Shown here: piece by piece, positions 60,806 through 64,000 of the stretch
Layout: every line of letters starts with the position of its first letter
Numbering within the stretch: position 1 is the stretch's first letter
Notes under the pieces: model-generated
What the model was told of the DNA's origin: nothing
Seen by the model: only the letters and a program-made list of their open reading frames with translations
Database searches by the model: none
From: an uncultured Eggerthella sp.
Lineage (GTDB): Bacteria; Actinomycetota; Coriobacteriia; Coriobacteriales; Eggerthellaceae
NCBI GenBank assembly: GCA_900556585.1
Contig: USPD01000002.1
Location: forward strand, 16,909 to 80,908
DNA length: 64,000 nucleotides
Reading direction: 5' to 3'
Made by a program: the position numbers and the translations under genes

Positions 60806-61770
60806 TGACTCCTGCATTTCTTGGTATAGATACTGGCTCCATTTCAACAAAAGGAGTCATCATTGATGAAAACGGCACCATTATGGCGCGATCCTATCTA
60901 TGGACCGAAGGCAACCCCACCGATGCTGCAAAGCGCGTTGTGGACGACCTGGCAAGTCAAATTAATCACGACGAAATTGAAGTCGTAGCTGTTGGAACAA
61001 CAGGTAGCGCTCGTCGTTTAGTGGGCGCTATTTTAGGGGCAACCGTTATCAAAAACGAAATTACCGCCCATGCCGTTGGTACCACTCACCTCCACCCCGA
61101 TGTGCGCACCATTTTAGAAATTGGTGGCCAAGACTCTAAGATTATTTGCGTAGAGAATGGTATTGCTACCGACTACGCCATGAATACTCTTTGTGCGGCT
61201 GGCACAGGATCATTCCTCTCAAGCCAAGCTCACCGTTTAGGTGTTGAGGTTGAAGATTTTGGACCAATTGCACTTACCTCAAAACACCCTGCCAACATTG
61301 CTGCGCGCTGCACTGTATTCGCTGAAAGCGACTTGGTACACAAAATCCAAGTAGGCTACGCACGCGAAGATGTTATTGCCGGTCTTTGTAAAGCAGTAGC
61401 TACCAACTATTTAAACAATGTTGGTAAAGGTAAACGCATTATTGCCCCTATTGTTTTCCAGGGCGGCGTAAGTAAAAACGTAGGTGTTGTTCACTTTTTT
61501 GAAGAAACCTTAGGCCAAGAAGTACTTGTTGACCCCGATGGGCACTTGATGGGCGCTTTCGGTGCAGCGCTTCTGGCAGCTAACGCCCCCGTTTCTAAAC
61601 GCAAGCCATTTTCTTTCAACATTGACAACATTGACTTCACTACCCGTGAAGTGATTTGTCAAAAATGTGCTAACCACTGCGAAATTGTTTGCGTATACCG
61701 CGATGATGAACTTATCGATGCATGGGGTAATCGTTGTGATAAGGGAGCAATTCGCCCTCACAAGAAATAG
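60805..61770 (+). CDS. Single-domain acyl-CoA dehydratase activase (HgdC/BadF-type ATPase)
   Basis: GIDTGSISTK, NEITAH, GGQDSK, CAAGTG, ARCTVFAES, CQKCANHC...GNRC. Confidence 0.9.
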   Translation: MTPAFLGIDTGSISTKGVIIDENGTIMARSYLWTEGNPTDAAKRVVDDLASQINHDEIEVVAVGTTGSARRLVGAILGATVIKNEITAHAVGTTHLHPDVRTILEIGGQDSKIICVENGIATDYAMNTLCAAGTGSFLSSQAHRLGVEVEDFGPIALTSKHPANIAARCTVFAESDLVHKIQVGYAREDVIAGLCKAVATNYLNNVGKGKRIIAPIVFQGGVSKNVGVVHFFEETLGQEVLVDPDGHLMGAFGAALLAANAPVSKRKPFSFNIDNIDFTTREVICQKCANHCEIVCVYRDDELIDAWGNRCDKGAIRPHKK

Positions 61771-61917
61771 ACCGGATTTGTCAATTCCTAAAATGCAATA
61801 CCGGTAAGCGCAAGAACGTATTTCGGTGAACGTGTTAGGTTGTCACAATTCTGTGAAAAAATTTTTTATCATTTGAAACACGCATTTAAGTGAATCTATT
61901 ATTAGATTGAAACCACA

Positions 61918-61950
61918 AGGGCACCTCACTTTACGAGGTGCCTTCTTTTT
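61918..61950 (+). terminator. Intrinsic terminator upstream of MFS-CBS gene
   Basis: ggcacctc / gaggtgcc stem followed by ttcttttt. Confidence 0.75.
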
Positions 61951-62046
61951 GCTCAAATGAAATTTACACACGGTGTAACTACTTACATTTGTTCAACAAG
62001 AAAAGAAGAATACGCGTACAAATCAACCTAAAGAAAGAGGCTTTGA

Positions 62047-63993
62047 ATGGGTCTGACCCGTAAACAGATTCTCATCGTTGTTATTCTGCTATCTGGTACA
62101 TTGTTAGCAGTACTTAACCAAACGTTGCTTTCTCCTGCTTTGCCCGCCATTATGGCCGACACCCAGGTAGACGCAACAACGGTTCAATGGCTAACTTCTG
62201 CTTATTCACTGGTAGAAGCGGTTGTTATCCCGCTTTCGGCATACCTTATTGGACGCTTCCCCACTAAGAAGCTGTTTATCTTTGGTATGTCCATCTTCGC
62301 TATTGGATCATTCTTAGCAGCAATTGCACCTGTTTTTGCTGTTCTGCTTCTGGGCCGCATGTGCCAAGCTGTTGCAACAGGTATTGCAATGCCTATGGTA
62401 TTTACCGTTATCCTTCTTATTTTCCCTCGTGAAAAACGCGGCAGCGCAATGGGTATCGTTTCGCTTGCTATTGGCTTCGCACCTGCTATCGGCCCTTCAA
62501 TCTCCGGTTTGTTGGTAGATAGCGTTGGTTGGCGTGCATTGTTCTTGCTGGTATGCGCACTAGCAATAGTTATTGTTCTTTTTGCAATCTTCCTGCTTGA
62601 AAGCTACGGAGAATTTGAACCTACTTCATTCGATAAACCTTCTGTTGTTCTTTGCTCACTTGGTTTATTGAGCTTGCTGTATGGTCTTTCTTCCATTACT
62701 TCAGCCGAAGTAATTGCGCTTCCCTTAGCACTTATTGTAGTAGGCGTCATTCTGCTTACATTCTTCGTACGTCGTCAGCTTAAATTGGAAGTTCCTCTGC
62801 TGAAAGTAAGCATTTTAAAAACGCGCAATTATGCCCTTACCGTAGGAATCGTAGCTGGCCTTCAAGCAGCTTTGGTTGGTACAGGCGTATTGCTGCCAAT
62901 TTACCTGCAAAACTTGCTTGGTATTTCCGCGTTGGAAACTGGTATCATCATGCTCCCTGGCGCAGTAATTGGTGCTATTTTGGGTTACTTTGCAGGTCGC
63001 TGGTTTGATAAATTTGGCCCCCGCAAGGTTATTATCCCTTGCGCATTTATCCTGCTGCTTGGCGGCTGCGGACTTATCGCCTTTTCACTGGACACCCCTA
63101 TTCCCTTCATTATTGCGGTATATACCTGCTTGTCTGTTGGTATTACAGGCACTATTACCCCTATCAATACCTGGGGTATCAATTCGTTGGACAATAGCGT
63201 TATCCAGCACGCAAACGCTTTGTCGAACACCTTAAACCAGGTAGGAGCTTCACTGGGTACCGCTATTTTGGTTTCTCTTTCCGCAACTTCGACATTCCTG
63301 TTCCCAGACATGCCAACCCTTGAACAAACCATGATGGGTGATCGCATTGCTTTCTGCTTCACCGCGCTACTCATGATTGCAGTTTTCATTACCATCGTTG
63401 TAGCAGTAAAAGACAACAAAAAGCACCTTTTCTCTGTTGCCGAAGCCGCAAAAGAAGTACGCCTGCCCACCAAAGCGGACGACCACGTTGCTGTTGATCT
63501 AGCTATGAATAAAGATCCTTACTTTGTTCACGACGCCGATACTATTCGCGAAGTCGCCCAAATCCTTGCTGCCAACAAAACTTCAGGCGTACCTGTTGTT
63601 GACGCAGATCAAAAAGTAGTTGGCTTCATTTCTGATGGTGACATCATGAAGTATATTGGGCGCAACGATGGTACGGTACTTGACGCTACCCGCATGCTTT
63701 ACCGCGTTCCTGATACCGAAAACTTCATGCAACGTATAGCTGATTTGATTGACCTCAACGTTATGCGCATTGCCACTAAAGGCGCTATTGCTGTACCAAG
63801 CGGATCATCTCTAGATGATGCCTGCCGCCTTTTGGCAGAAAAACGCATCAAGAAGGTTCCTGTTGTAAATGCAGAAGGCGCACTGGTTGGTTCGCTTTCT
63901 CGTTCCGACATCATTCGATCCACCATGGCAAACTTGGCTTCTATTGAGTCTCTCGTTGAAGCTGATAAACGCGAAAAAAGCGCCGCTAAGTAA
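62047..63993 (+). CDS. DHA2 MFS transporter fused to C-terminal CBS pair
   Basis: LNQTLLSPALP, VQWLTSAY, APAIGP; CBS motifs SGVPVVD...GFISDGD and KKVPVV...SRSDI. Confidence 0.9.
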   Translation: MGLTRKQILIVVILLSGTLLAVLNQTLLSPALPAIMADTQVDATTVQWLTSAYSLVEAVVIPLSAYLIGRFPTKKLFIFGMSIFAIGSFLAAIAPVFAVLLLGRMCQAVATGIAMPMVFTVILLIFPREKRGSAMGIVSLAIGFAPAIGPSISGLLVDSVGWRALFLLVCALAIVIVLFAIFLLESYGEFEPTSFDKPSVVLCSLGLLSLLYGLSSITSAEVIALPLALIVVGVILLTFFVRRQLKLEVPLLKVSILKTRNYALTVGIVAGLQAALVGTGVLLPIYLQNLLGISALETGIIMLPGAVIGAILGYFAGRWFDKFGPRKVIIPCAFILLLGGCGLIAFSLDTPIPFIIAVYTCLSVGITGTITPINTWGINSLDNSVIQHANALSNTLNQVGASLGTAILVSLSATSTFLFPDMPTLEQTMMGDRIAFCFTALLMIAVFITIVVAVKDNKKHLFSVAEAAKEVRLPTKADDHVAVDLAMNKDPYFVHDADTIREVAQILAANKTSGVPVVDADQKVVGFISDGDIMKYIGRNDGTVLDATRMLYRVPDTENFMQRIADLIDLNVMRIATKGAIAVPSGSSLDDACRLLAEKRIKKVPVVNAEGALVGSLSRSDIIRSTMANLASIESLVEADKREKSAAK

Positions 63994-64000
63994 GTTCGGA

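Overview
Gene-dense chromosomal window, probably from an anaerobic gut actinobacterium (Coriobacteriia/Eggerthellaceae-like; inferred from gene content, not proven). It holds about 45 CDS: housekeeping genes (gpmA, thrH, ettA, purL, pepF, cysK), many transporters, a bacterial Elp3 tRNA-modifying enzyme and a sortase-anchored adhesin. I saw no rRNA, tRNA, CRISPR array, transposase or integrase. Most notable are: (1) a ~17 kb block with a UbiB/AarF kinase plus phasin-like pair, a fused PlsA-PlsR-type (anaerobic plasmalogen synthase-like) 1550-aa protein with a TetR, and a second, three-gene split paralogous activase/reductase system of unknown substrate; (2) three sequence-unrelated ~160-190 bp palindromic intergenic elements sharing a bipartite-arm architecture; (3) a 1.2 kb repeat-packed region upstream of pit with Pho-box-like, 22-bp and 28-bp arrays; (4) pervasive degenerate tandem duplications at gene ends and in frame; (5) two pseudogenes, a PepF-flavin-binding-domain fusion and a small protein with a candidate sliding-clamp motif. 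All family calls rest on motif recognition by eye; no database searches were run.
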